A DNA stretch of 63,184 nucleotides, the filler included, from Dicyema japonicum (taxonomy: Eukaryota > Animalia > Dicyemida): assembly GCA_011109175.1 (NCBI GenBank). It is 7 parts of 7 records of this genome, joined end to end, with 100 filler letters (N's around TTAATTAATTAA, not from the genome) between each part and the next. Parts side by side here need not be neighbours in the genome. Positions count along the whole stretch, not along the records: positions 35,947 to 41,023 come from RDEW01000296.1; positions 41,124 to 56,676 come from RDEW01000203.1; 5 more parts are not named here. One strand, written 5' to 3'. The position numbers were made by a program, and so were the translations under genes. Shown here piece after piece: positions 36,400 through 50,100 of the stretch (its first letter is position 1; each line of letters begins with the position of its first letter). The notes under the pieces were generated by a model that did no database searches, was not told where the DNA came from, and saw only the letters and a program-made list of their open reading frames with translations.

Positions 36400-36760
36400 C
36401 TCACAAAACATCCATTATCTCATGCCGCGTGGCGCCATGTGGTGCTGCGTGGCTAATTGGTTGAAGTTTTCTGCTTGCTTGTCTGTTCATCCTCTCTTCC
36501 TAATAGAGTGGCGTCAAAAGGATCATTTGATAACTAATTAAACGTAAATAAATAACTAATTAAATGTATCCAATCCCCACCGTCTACGAAGAAGAAAGTA
36601 CTTCCAATGTCACACAAGTTCACCCAGAACCAACGGGGAAAGCCAATGATCATTTTTCGTGCCACCCTGGCAATTGGCGGCACTCTTGTAGAACAAGAGT
36701 AAGGAGGAACAGAAGAAAGGAAAATAAATCTCAACCAAGTAGTCCCATGGTAATGTGAAC
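36400..36760 (-). mobile_element. 3' end of the same LINE family as 27030-27260
   Basis: Shares CCAGGGTGG with 62600, the GATCC..TGACGCCA box, and the CCACATGGCGCCACGCGG hairpin; VLQECRQL resembles the end of a zinc knuckle. Confidence 0.35.
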
Positions 36761-36814
36761 GTTAATAAATACAAAATCATTTATTAACAAAATATAATAC
36801 TTTGGTGCAAAAAC

Positions 36815-37320
36815 TCATTTTTTAATCCTTTTTGAGACAGGAGCGTTCAAATTTTCATTTTTATAGAACAGTTTGATGAGATCAACAGCCCTCTCAGCCA
36901 TAATACCTCCAACAAAGCTAGGCACAGCATCCCAACCATCAGGATTATCCCCAACTATGTCCAATACAGACCCACATCCACCAAATCTATCATTAAATCC
37001 ACCAAAGAAGACACTAAGATGAGGAAACAATACAACTTGCTTATTCCAATGGACATCAGCATAGCAGTGCACATTATACAAGGTTCAATGGTCACATGGA
37101 TGTCACACCCTGCGAATGAGCGTAATCCACTCTCCCAAGCAGCATCAATGGCCACAAACTCAGCATGTTTTGTTGCGTTGCCTGAATGATTTGTTAGGTT
37201 GTGCCCACGTGATATTATTTCTGAATTTTTGACTAGCACACATCCAATGGGGACCTCTTCCTTGGAGAGTGCTAATTCCGCCTCTTTGAAAGCTTCCAAC
37301 ATAAATTCACGTGTTGTCAT
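36815..37320 (-). CDS. ADAT2: tRNA-specific adenosine-34 deaminase catalytic subunit
   Basis: EVPIGCV, HAEFVAID and VTIEPCIMC deaminase motifs; 23-nt intron 37014-37036 restores NDRFGGCGSVL...FYKNENLNAP. Confidence 0.92.
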
Positions 37321-37403
37321 CAAAATTTTATTTAAAATATACTAAAAAATAAATTTTAAATATAATGCATTTTATAAAGTTTTAAGGACGCATTGTTCTA
37401 AGT

Positions 37404-38315
37404 CAGTGGTTCTCAACGAGAGGCGAATCGCCCCTTTTGGGCGATGGTTTTCTGATCAGGGGACGATGGCTTCGAAAAGCTCATTGTCATATGAAAAATT
37501 AAAGACGGATAAATAATCGAGTCTTATATTATTTATCTTAATTTGATAAAACGAAAGACAAGAGAGTAAACGGTTATATAGCGGCTGCCCTATAGCGGCT
37601 GATTGCGTGGCTATTCCCTCTCAGGATAGCGAGCGAGATTCGCTCAAATAACCAGCATATATATGACATTATATTATATTTCATTTATTATTATTGAACC
37701 AAAAAACCACCGCCATATCCAAAATAAACAAATTCAGGTGATCTCGACCTCTCCAACAGTTTTCTTATCTTTTCTCGGTGTTCCGACTGCGTTACTGCGA
37801 ATTTTCGATATGGGCGGGGTCCGCATACTCGAGTCCTTCGCAGAGGTACTGTTCCAGTCGCCTCTATCATATTTTCAAGGTTTCTGAGCAGGATTTCCAC
37901 ACGAGAAGATTTCCTTAGTAGGTTTGCTGCCTTCACATGAATGTTGCAGATCTTGTCTAAATTTGTTTCTGCAAGGTTAAATCCCCAGACATTACATGCG
38001 TATCCTATTGTAGACTCGATGAACTGTTTGTATATGGCGTCCAGTCCTGGTTCAATAATAATTACATTTAAAATTATTAGCGTGATTTCTAATTCTTCGT
38101 GATGAGTCATGTTCAAAAAAAGTTATAACCTATAAAGAGAAACATCTTTCTTTTAAATTTATTAAAAATCCTCAGGATCTTCATAAACCGCTTTGTTTGC
38201 AATGTGGTACAGTATTTTCCAATGAGGCAATGAAACCATCGCGCTCAATCGAACATTTAAAGCGTAAACATCTCAACCCAATTGTAAAAAAACAGAAATT
38301 TTTTTGAATTAAATA
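37404..38315 (+). mobile_element. hAT Buster-type element 5' end (TIR and BED finger), interrupted by a LINE fragment
   Basis: CAGTGGTTCTCAAC TIR preceded by TTCTAAGT (nnnTAnnn); KPLCLQCGTVFSNEAMKPSR..HLKRKH near 38185-38280. Confidence 0.75.
37560..38120 (-). mobile_element. I/Jockey-like LINE 3' fragment nested in the hAT element
   Basis: AIYKQFIESTIGYACNVWG..TNLDKI post-RT motif. Confidence 0.6.
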
Positions 38316-38479
38316 NNNNNNNNNNNNNNNNNNNNNNNNNNNNNNNNNNNNNNNNNNNNNNNNNNNNNNNNNNNNNNNNNNNNNNNNNNNNNNNNNNNNN
38401 NNNNNNNNNNNNNNNNNNNNNNNNNNNNNNNNNNNNNNNNNNNNNNNNNNNNNNNNNNNNNNNNNNNNNNNNNNNNNNA

Positions 38480-39260
38480 ATAATCATTACTTTGTTTCGT
38501 CGATTATTATGAGGCTTATTCGTGATAGGAATCGCCTAAGGGCAAAGCTAAGGCGTTGTGTCGACAAAATAGACGGGGATTTCATATATGGCAGAATCAG
38601 GATGATGAAGGATGCAATCAGCAGCATATGGAAGGAGGAAACTGACCGTATATGGAAGGCTGAGGCTGCTAAAATTGAATCCCTCTTTTTGGAAATGCTA
38701 TCAGAAAACAATGTGTCCGAAGTCGGGAGCAGAACAAATTATATTGAATAAACCAGACGGGGAGTATGCACGACGGAGGAAACAACTTCGATATTCAGGG
38801 ATCAGCTTCAAAAAATACAGGGTGTTGATCTTTGGAATTTGATCCCTGATGACAAAAAGTAGGTGTCTGCCAATATATTGAAATACTCCGACGAGTAACT
38901 GCCTATTGCTAATAGCACTGTCAGCATCTTGGAAATGATGACGACAATCAGGGAATGCAAGGTTAATGCTCCAGGATATGACCACATAGCAATGAAAGTT
39001 ATCAAAAAGGGTCTGGATATTTTATTTGACTATCTGCGATGTCTTTATGATGGGTGTTTACGACTTGGCCACCTTTCTTTAATATGGAAAAAAGCTGTTG
39101 TGAGGATGATTCCAAAATCAGGGAAGCCAAAGAGAGATCCGGCAAGCTACAGACCAATTAGCTTAAAATGTTCTTTCACGAAAGTGATTGAACGTATCAT
39201 TTTCAAAAGGATAAGCAGACATATAGGCTATTTTCGTTTTAATTATTCTCCATAAGTTCT
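38480..39260 (+). mobile_element. I/Jockey-like LINE, RT N-terminal fragment
   Basis: APGYDHI, WKKAVVRMIPKSGKP..DPASYRPISL..KVIERII. Confidence 0.85.
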
Positions 39261-39899
39261 CTATTGGGATAAAATCAGAAGATTGTGGTGCCATCGCAAC
39301 AATTCAACATTTTTTATCTTAAAAATTGTTTTGTAAGCTTCACAGTGTGTCTAGGATGTTAATCCTCATGGAACACAATTTCAGAAAGCTTCATTTTTTT
39401 CTGCACAAGAAAACAAATTTTTTGATAAAATATCTATATATTTGAATTTATCCATTTTCCTATTAATAAAAACTAATTTACCGACTCCATAATATGAGAA
39501 ACAAGCCCAAACCATCAAACTATTAGCAACATGTTGACTGTAGGGAAAATATTTTTGGGTTCTAACCCCTTATTGGGTTTTCGCCAAACAAAAATGGTCA
39601 CAACTGTTAAAAGGGAAACTCAATTGACAAATGAGAAATAAAGAAGAAAAAAAAAAGTCGGCTCGGAGATTGGGAAGATGTTCAGTGGAGGAAAATGTTT
39701 CTACCAAAAGTATGACAAAACAATTAAATTTATCTCTATTTGGGGCATTAATTTTTTATTATATAAAATTTATTATATAATTTTATTTAACCGATTTTAA
39801 GAATAAATATTTTAAAAGTCACGTTTCGTTCAATTTTTTTGTGTTGGTTGTGATGTTTTTGAATCGTGAAACAGAATTAAAGACTGCAGATTATCTCTT

Positions 39900-40570
39900 A
39901 AAAGAAACATTCTGAAAGAAGCTTATCTACCACTTACAATGCAAGCAAGGGAACTATTTTTCGTATAAAAATATTATACAATTTATCGAAAGAGGATTCC
40001 TTTATTAAAGTGCAAATAATTGGTAAATATTTGTATCACTATTTAAAAGTGAATCGTATAAAAATATTATACAATTTATCGAAAGAGGATTCCTTTATTA
40101 AAGTGCAAATAATTGGTAAATATTTGTATCACTATTTAAAAGTGAAACTAAAAACAGATTGGACAATAAAGTCATGGATATTTTTAAGCGTTTAAGGGAT
40201 TGTTCCAGTTTTTTGAGAAAGGGCTTAAACAATGTTAAAGCTTCAAATGGCTGGTTGGAGGAATTCAAGGAGAGGCATGAATTAAAATTCAAAGCATTGC
40301 CACTTCTTGTGATCGGGTGATGATTCCAATTTTTTATTATAATTTTTAATTGTGACGAAATTGCTCTTTTTATCAAACTTGCACCGCAAAAATAATTTGT
40401 GAAAACTGATGTATTAGCACGTGGCTTTAAACAGAGAAAAGATAGAGTTACTCTCCACCTATGCTACACTTAGAAAAAATCGATCCATTAATTTCGGAAA
40501 ATACAGAAATCCTAGATTTGATTCCAGACTATCTTTATGGTTTTTATGTATTAGAAAAAAATGTGACGGT
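39900..40570 (+). mobile_element. Tigger/pogo transposase remnant
   Basis: KASNGWLEEFKERH (CENP-B-type HTH) and GFKQRKDRVTLHLC. Confidence 0.7.
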
Positions 40571-41123
40571 AGGAATAAATATGGAAAGAAAATAACTGAT
40601 TACTTTAAAAAATAATGTTGTTTTTGTTTATATATGGAAAACCTCTGTTTTACCGGCCATGGCTTAGAGTGATCTACTGGATGGCCTTCCCCCATTGGTG
40701 GATGACTCGGAGAAACAAGGAGGACCCTGGAACAACTAAGTCTAGGCACTTCCCCTTTAAAGACGTGTCTGGAATTTTCCTAAGAAATTGGCCACACATT
40801 ATTAAAAAAATAAAATTTATTTTTACTAATCTTTCTCAATTATTTTATTAAAAAATAAAAATTTCAAACTAAAAATTTTACCATATGTTCGAAAGCTTTT
40901 CGTTTCAATTATACAAGGCTTAATTGTGTACAAAAACTCGAAATTTTGAGATATAAACACGAGAATAATACTACAGCGTACCAAACAATCACTCACCGAA
41001 TTTCTGATTTATTTAATATTGAANNNNNNNNNNNNNNNNNNNNNNNNNNNNNNNNNNNNNNNNNNNNTTAATTAATTAANNNNNNNNNNNNNNNNNNNNN
41101 NNNNNNNNNNNNNNNNNNNNNNN

Positions 41124-44100
41124 AAATTTTGTTCAGAATTTACATTATTAGTTGTACTTGTAAGTGTATTCTAAATTTCCATTATTATCTGGTTTATTTC
41201 TAAGTGTATACAGACTATCCATATTATCAGGTTTATTTGTAAGTGTATTCTGAATTTCCTTTATTATCATGTTTAGTTGTAAGTGTATTCTGAATTTCAT
41301 TATTATAAGGTTAACTTGTAAGAGTATTCTAAATTTCTATTCTTTTTAGGTTTACTTTTATGAGTATTCTAAATTTACTTTATTATCTTGTTTATTTGTA
41401 AGTTTATTCTGAATTTCCGATATTATCTTTTTAATTTTAATGTTTATTCTAAATTTATTTTATTATCTTGTTTATTTTTATGTTTATTCTAAATTTCCTT
41501 TATTATCTGGTTTATTTGTATGTGTATACTCAATTCCATTAATTTCACGTTTACTTGTAATTGTATTCTGAATTTCCATAATTATCATGTTATTTGAAAG
41601 TTTGTTCAGAATTTCCATTATTATCAGGTTTACTTGTAAGTGTATTCTGAATTTCCATGATTATCTGGTTTATTTCTAAGTGTATAATGACTTTCTATAT
41701 TATCAGGTTTATTTGTAAGTGTATTCAGAATTTCATTATTATCAGGTTTATTTGTAAGTGTATGCATAATTTCATTATTATCAGGTTAACTTGTAAGTGT
41801 ATTCTGATTTCCATTCTTATTAGGTTTACTTGTAAGTGTATTCTGAATTTCCATTATTATCTTGTTATTTATGTTTATTCTAATTTCCTTTTTATCTAGT
41901 TTATTTTATGTTTATCTAAATTTCCTTTAATCTAGTTATTTGTATATGTATACTCAATTTCTATTATTTTCAACGTTTTACTTGTAAGTGTATTCTGAAT
42001 TTCATTATTATAAGGTTTATTTGAAAGTTTGTTCAGAATTTCTATTATTATCAGGTTTACTTTGTAAGTTTATTCTAATTTCCATTATTATCTTGTTTAT
42101 TTCTAAGTGTATAATGACTTTCCATAATATCAGGTTTATTTGTAAGTGTATTCTGAATTTCATTATTATCAGGTTTATTTGTAAGTGTATGCATAATTTC
42201 ATTATTATCAGGTTAACTTGTAAGTGTATTCTGATTTCCATTCCTTATTAGGTTTACTTGTAAGAGTATTCTGAATTTCCATTATTATCTTGTTTATTTA
42301 TATGTTTATTCTAAATTTCCATTATTATCTAGTTTATTTTTATGTTTATTCTAAATTTCCTTTATTATCAGGTTTATTTGTATGTGTATGCTCAATTTCC
42401 ATTATTTTCACGTTTACTTGTAAGTGTATTCTGAATTTCCATAATTATAATGTTTATTTGTAAGTTTGTTCAGAATTTCCATTATTATCAGGTTTCTTGT
42501 AAGTGTATTCTAAATTTCCATTATTATCTAGTTTATTTCTAAGTGTATACTGACTTTCCATATTATCAGGTTTATTTAAGTGTATTCATAATTTCATTAT
42601 TATCAGGTTAATTTGTAAGTGTATTCTGAATTTCCATTCTTATTAGGTATATTTGTAAGAGTATTCTGAATTCCATTATTATCTGGTTTATTTTTATGTT
42701 TATTCTAAATTTCCTTTATTATCTGGATTATATTTGTATTTGTATGCTCAATTTCCATTATTTAACGTTTACTTGTAAGTGTATTCTGAATTTCCATTAT
42801 TATCAGGTTTATGTAAGTTTGTTCAGAATTTCAATTATTATTAGGTTTACTTGTAAGTCTATTCTAAATTTCCATTATTATCAGGTTTATTTGAAAGTTT
42901 GTTAAGAATTTACATTATTATCAGTTGTACTTGTAATTGTATTCTAAATTTCCATAATTATCTGGTTTATTTCTAAGTGTATACAGACTTTCCATATTAT
43001 CTGGTTTATTTGTAGTGTATTCAGAATTTCATTATTATCAGGTTATTTGTAAGTGTATTCAGAATTTCATTCTTATCAGGTTATTTGTAAGTGTATTCTG
43101 AATTTCCATTATTATCTTGTTTTATTTTTATGTTTATTCTAAATTCCTTTATTATCTGGTTTATTTGTTATCTGTATGCTCAATTTCCATTATTTTCACG
43201 TTTACTTGTAAGTGTATTCTGAATTTCCATTATTATCAGGTTTATTTGAAATTTGTTCAGAATTTACATTATTATCAGTTTGTACTTGTAATTGTATTCT
43301 AAAATTTCCATTATTATCTGGTTTATTTCTAAGTGTATACAGACTTTCCATATTATCAGGTTTACTTGTAAGTGTATTCTGAATTTCCATTCTTATTAGG
43401 TTTATTTGTAAGAGTATTCTGAATTTCCATTATTATCAGGTTTATTTGTAAGTTTGTTCAGAAATTTACATTATTATCAGTTTTACTTGTTAGTGTATTC
43501 TAAATTTCCATTATTATCTGGTTTATATCTAAGTGTATACAGACTTTCCATATTATTGGTTTTTGTAAGTGTATTCTGAATATCCATTATTATCATGTTT
43601 AATTATAAGTGTATTCTGAATTTCCATTATTATTTGGTTATTTATATGTTTATACTGAATTTCCATAATTATCATGTTTATTTGAAAGTGTATTCTGATT
43701 TTCCATATTATTTGGTTTATTTGTAAGTCTATTCTGAATTTCCTTTATTATCTGGTTTATTTGTAAGTGTATTCTAAATTTCCATTATTATCTGGTTTAT
43801 TTCTAAGTGTATTCAGAATTTCGTTATTATCAGGTTTATTTGTAAGTATATTCATAATTTCATTATAATCAGGTTAATTTGTAAGTGTATTCTGAATTTC
43901 CATTCTTATTATGTTTATTTGTAAGAGTATTCTGAATTTCCATTATTATCTTGTTTATTTTTATGTTTATTCTAAATTTCCTTTATTATCTGGTTTATTT
44001 GTATCTGTATTCTCAATTTCCATTATTTTAACGTTTACTTGTAAGTGTATTCTGAATTTCCATTATTATCTTGTATTTTTATGTTATTCTGAATTTCCTT

Positions 44101-47100
44101 ATTATCTTGTTATTTTATGTTTATTCTAAATTTCCTTTATTACTGGTTTATTTGTATTTGTATGTTCAATTTCATTATTTAAACGTTTACTTGTAAGTGT
44201 ATTCTGAATTTCCATTATTATAGGTATTGTAAGTTTGTATTTCTTTTATTATCTGGTTATTTGTAATGTATTCTAAATTTCCATTATTATCTGGTTTATT
44301 TCAAAGTGTATACTGACTTTCCATATTATCAGGTTTATTTGTAAGTGTATTCAGAATTTCATTATTATCAGGTTTATTTGTAAGTATATTCAATAATTTC
44401 ATTATTATCAGGTTTACTTGTAAGTGTATTCTGAATTTCCATTCTTATTATGTTTATTTGTAAGAGTATTCTGAATTTTCCATTATTATCTGGTTATTTT
44501 TATGTTTATTCTAAATTTCCTTTATTATCTGGTTTATTTGTATTTGTATTCTCAATTTCCATTATTTAACGTTTACTTGTAAGTGTATTCTGAATTTCCA
44601 TTATTATCAGGTTTATTTGTAAGTGTGTTCAGAATTTCCATTATTATCTGGTTTATTTTATGTTTATTCTAAAATTTCCTTTATTATCTGGTTTATTGTA
44701 TATGTATGTTCAATTTCCATTATTTAAACGTTTATTTGTAAGTTTGTTCAGAATTTCCATTATTATCAGGTTTCTTGTAAGTGTATTCCTAAATTTCCAT
44801 AATTATCTGGTTTATTTCTAAGTGTATACAGACTTTCCATATTATCTGGTTTATTTGTAAGTGTGTTCAGAATTTCATAATTATCAGGTTTATTTGTAAG
44901 TCTATTCTGAATTTCCATTATTATCTTGTTTATTTTTATGTTTATTCTAAATTTCCTTTATTATCTGGTTTATTGTATTTGTATTCTCAATTTCCATTAT
45001 TTTAACGTTTACTTGTAAGTGTATTCTGAATTTCCATTATTATCATGTTTATTTGTAAAATTTTGTTCAGAATTTCCATTATTATCAGTTTGTACTTGTA
45101 ATGTATTCTAAATTTCCATAATTATCTGGTTTATTTCTAAGTGTATACAGACTTTCCATATTATCAGGTTACTTGTAAGTGTATTCTGAATTTCCATTCT
45201 ATTAGGTTTATTGTAAGAGTATTCTGAATTTCCATTATTATCTGGTTTATTTGAAATTTTGTTCAGAATTTACATTATTATCAGTTTGTACTTGTTAGTG
45301 TATTCTAAATTTCCATTATTATCTGGTTTTATATCTAAGTGTAACAGACTTCCATATTATTAGGTTTATTTGTAAGTGTATTCTGAATATCCATTATTAT
45401 CATGTTTATTTATAAGTGTATTCTGAATTTCCATTATTATTTGGTTTATTTATATGTTTATACTGAATTTCCATAATATCATGTTTATTTGTAAGTGTAT
45501 TCTGATTTTCCATTATTATCTGGTTTATTTGTAAGTCATTCTGAATTTCTTTTATTATCTGGTTTATTTGTAAGTGTATTCTAAATTTCCATTATTATGG
45601 TTTATTTCAAAAGTGTATACTGACTTTCCATATTATCAGGTTTATTTGTAAGTGTATTCAGAATTTCATTATTATCAGGTTTATTTGTAAGTATATTCAT
45701 AATTTCATTATTATCAGGTTTACTTGTAAGTGTATTCTGAATTTCCATTCTATTATGTTTATTGTAAGAGTATCTGAATTTCCATATTATCTGGTTTTTT
45801 TATGTTTATTCTAATTTCCATATTATCTGGTTTATTTGTATTTGTATGCTCAATTTCTATTATTTTAACGTTACTTGTAAGTGTATTCTAAATTTCCTTT
45901 ATTATCAGGTTTATTTATGTTATTCTGAATTTCCTTATTATCTGGTTTATTAGTATGTATTCTGAATTTCCTTTATTATTTGGAATATTTGTATTTGTAT
46001 GCTGAATTTCCATTATTTTAACGTTTACTTGTAAGTGTATTCTGAATTTCCATTATTATCAGGTTTATTTGTAAGTTTGTTCAGAATTTCCATTATTATC
46101 AGGTTTCTTGTAAGTGTATTCTAAATTTCATAATTATCTGGTTTATTTCTAAGTGTATACAGACTTTCCATATTATCTGGTTTATTTGTAAGTGTATTCA
46201 GAATTTCCATTATTATCAGGTTTATTTGTAAGTGTATTCTGAATTTCCATTCTATTAGGTTATTTGTAAGAGTATTCTGAATTTCCATTATTATCTTGTT
46301 TATTTTTATGTTTATTTTAAATTTCCTTTATTATCTGGTTTATTGTATTTGTATACTTAATTTCCATTATTAACGTTTACTTGTAAGTGTATTCTGAATT
46401 TCTATTATTATCAGGTTTATTGTAAGTCTGTTCAGAATTTCCTTTATTATCTGGTTTACTTGTAAGTGTATTCTAAATTTCCATAATTATCTAGTTTATT
46501 TCTAAGTGTATACAGACTTTCCATATTATCTGGTTTATTTGTAAGTGTATTCAGAATTTCATTATTCAGGTTTACTTGTAAGACTATTCAGAATTTCCTT
46601 CTATTAGGTTTATTTGTAAGAGTATTCAGAATTTCCATCATTATCTTGTTTATTTTTATGTTATTCTAATTTCCTTTATTATCTGGTTTATTTGTATCTG
46701 TATGCTCAATTTCCATTATTATCAGGTTTACTTATAAGTGTATTCTGAATTTCCATTATTATCAGGTTTATTTGAAATTTTGTTCAGAATTTCCATTATT
46801 ATCAGGTTTACTTGTAATTGTATTCTAATTTCCATTATTATCTGGTTTATTTCTAAGTGTATACTGACTTTCCATATTATCTGGTTTATTTGTAAGTGTA
46901 TTCTGAATTTCCATTATTATCAGGTTTATTTGTAAGTGTATTCAGAATTTCCATTCTTATCAGGTTTATTTGTAAGTGTATTCTGAATTTCTATTATTAT
47001 CTGGTTTATTTTTATGTTTATTCTAAATTCCTTTATTATCTGGTTTATTTGTATCTGTATGCTCAATTTCCATTATTTCACGTTTACTTGTAAGTGTATC

Positions 47101-50100
47101 TGAATTTCCATTATTATCAGGTTTATTTGAATTTTGTTCAGAATTACATTATTATCAGTTGTACTTGTAATTGTATTCTAAATTTCCATTATTATCTGGT
47201 TTATTTCAAGTGTATACAGACTTTCCATATTATCAGGTTTATTTGTAAGTGTATTCTGAATTTCCATTATTATCAGTTTTACTTGTAAGTGTATTCTGAA
47301 TTTCCATTCTTATTAGGTTTATTTGTAAGAGTATTCTGAATTTCCATTATTATCTGGTTTATTTTTATGTTATTCTAAATTTCCTTTATTATCTGGTTTA
47401 TTTGTATTTGTATACTCAATTCCATTATTTTCACGTTTACTTGTAAGTGTATTCTGAATTTCCATTATTATCAGGTTTATTTGAAAGTTTGTTCAGAATT
47501 TCCATTATTATCAGGTTTCTTGTAAGTGTATTCTAAATTTCCATAATTATCTAGTTTATTTCTAAGTGTATACAGACTTCCATATTATCAGGTTTATTTG
47601 TAAGTGTATTCAGAATTTCCATTATTATCAGGTTTATTTGTAAGTGTATTCTGAATTTCCATTCTTATTAGGTTTATTTGTAAGAGTATTCTGAATTTCC
47701 ATTATTTCTGTTTATTTTATGTTATTCTAAATTTCCTTTATTATCTGGTTTATTTGTATCTGTATGCTCAATTTCCATTATTCACGTTTACTTGTAAGTG
47801 TATTCTGAATTTCCATTATTATCAGGTTTTATTTGAAATTTTGTTCATAATTTACATTATATCAGTTGTACTTGTAATTGTATTCTAAATTTCCATTATA
47901 TTTGGTTAATTTCTAAGTGTATACAGACTTTCCATATTATCAGGTTAACTTGTAAGTGTAATTCTGAATTTCCATCTTATTAGGTTTATTTCTAAGTGTA
48001 TTCTGAATTTCCATTATTATCAGGTTTATTTGAAATTTTGTTCAGAATTTACATTATTATCAGTTGTACTTGTTAGTGTATTCTAAATTTCCATTATTAT
48101 CTGGTTTATATCTAAGTGTATACAGACTTTCCATATTATTAGGTTTATTTGTAAGTGTATTCTGAATATCCATTATTTTCATGTTTATAAGTATGTATTC
48201 TGAATTTCCATTATTATTTGGTTTATTTATATGTTTATACTGAATTTCCATATTATCATGTTTATTTGTAAGTGTATTCTGATTTTCCATTATTATTTGG
48301 TTTATTTGTAAGTCTATTCTGAATTTCCTTTATTATCTTTATTTGTAATGTATAAATTTCCATTATTACTGGTTTATTTCTAAGTGTATTCTGACTTTCC
48401 ATATTATCAGGTTTATTTGTAAGTGTATTCAGAATTTCATTATTATCAGGTTATTTGTAGTATATTCATAATTTCATTATTATCAGGTTTACTTGTAAGT
48501 GTATTCTGAATTTCCATTATTATCAGGTTTATTGTAAGAGTATTCTAAATTTCCTTTATTATCTGGTTTATTTTTATGTTTATTCTAAATTTCCTTTATT
48601 ATCTGGTTTATTTGTATTTGTATACTCAATTTCCATTATTTTTAACGTTTACTTGTAAGTGTATTCTGAATATCCATTATTATCTTGTTTATTTTTATGT
48701 TTATTCTAAATTTCCTTTATTATCTGGTTTATTTGTATCTGTATGCTCAATTTCCATTATTTCACGTTTACTTGTAAGTGTATTCTGAATTTCCATTATT
48801 ATCTGGTTTATTTGAAATATTTTGTTCAGAATTTACATTATTATCAGTTGTACTGTAATTGTATTCTAAATTTCCATTATTATCTGGTTTATTTCTAAGT
48901 GTATACAGACTTTCCATATTATCAGGTTTACTTGTAAGTGTATTCTGAATTTCCATTCTTATTAAGTTTATTTGTAAGAGTATTACTGAATTTCATTATT
49001 ATCAGGTTTATTTGAAATTTGTGTTCAGAATTTACATTATTCAGTTGTACTTGTTAGTGTATTCTAAATTTCCATTATATCTGGTTTATCTAAGTGTATA
49101 CAGACTTTCATATTATCAGGTTTTACTTGTAAGTCTATTCTGAATTTCCATTATTATCATGTTTATTTATAAGTGTATTCTGAATTTCCATTATTATTTG
49201 GTTTACTTATATTATACTGAATTTCTATAATTATCATGTTTATTTTTAAGTGTATTCTGATTTCCATTATTATCTGGTTTATTTGTAAGTCTATTCTGAA
49301 TTTCCTTTATATCTGGTTTATTTGTAAGAGTATTCTAAATTCCATTATTATCGGGTTTATTTCTAAGTTTATACTAACTTTCCATATTATCAGGTTTATT
49401 TGTAATTGTATCATAATTTAATTATTATCTGGTTTACTTGTAAGTGTATTCTAAATTTCATTCTTATTTGGTTTATTTGTAAGTCTATTCATAATTTCCT
49501 CTATTATCTGTTTTATTTTTATGTATATTCTGAATTTTCTTTTATTATCTTGTTTATTTTTATGTTTATTCTAAATTTCCTTTATTATCTGGTTTATTTG
49601 TATTTGTTACCTCAATTTCCATTATTTTAACGTTTACTTGTAAGTGTATTCTGAATATCCATAATTATCTTGTTTATTTTTATGTTTTTCTAAATTTCTA
49701 TTATTATCTTCTTTATTTTTATGTTTATTCTAAATTTCCATTATTATCTGGTTTATTTTTTTGTATGCTCAATTTTCATAAATTTCACGTTTACTTGTAA
49801 GTGTATTCTGAATTTCCATTATTATCTGGTTTTATTTGTAAATTGTTCAGAATTTCCATTATTATCAGGTTTACTTTGTAAGTGTATTCTAAATTTCCTT
49901 TATTATCTGGTTTATTTGTAAGTGTATTCTGAATTTCCATATTATCAGGTTTATTTGTAAATCTATTCTAAATTTCCTTTATTGTCAGCTTTATTTGTAA
50001 GTGTATTCAGAATTTCCATTATTATCAGGTTTACTTGTAAGTCGATTTTGAATTTCCATTATTATCATGTTTATTTGTAAGTCGATTCTGAATTTTCATT

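Noticed and set aside
39961-40145. Exact 93-bp tandem duplication in the Tigger remnant
   Set aside because: Identical copies in dead TE sequence; assembly artefact or trivial slippage.
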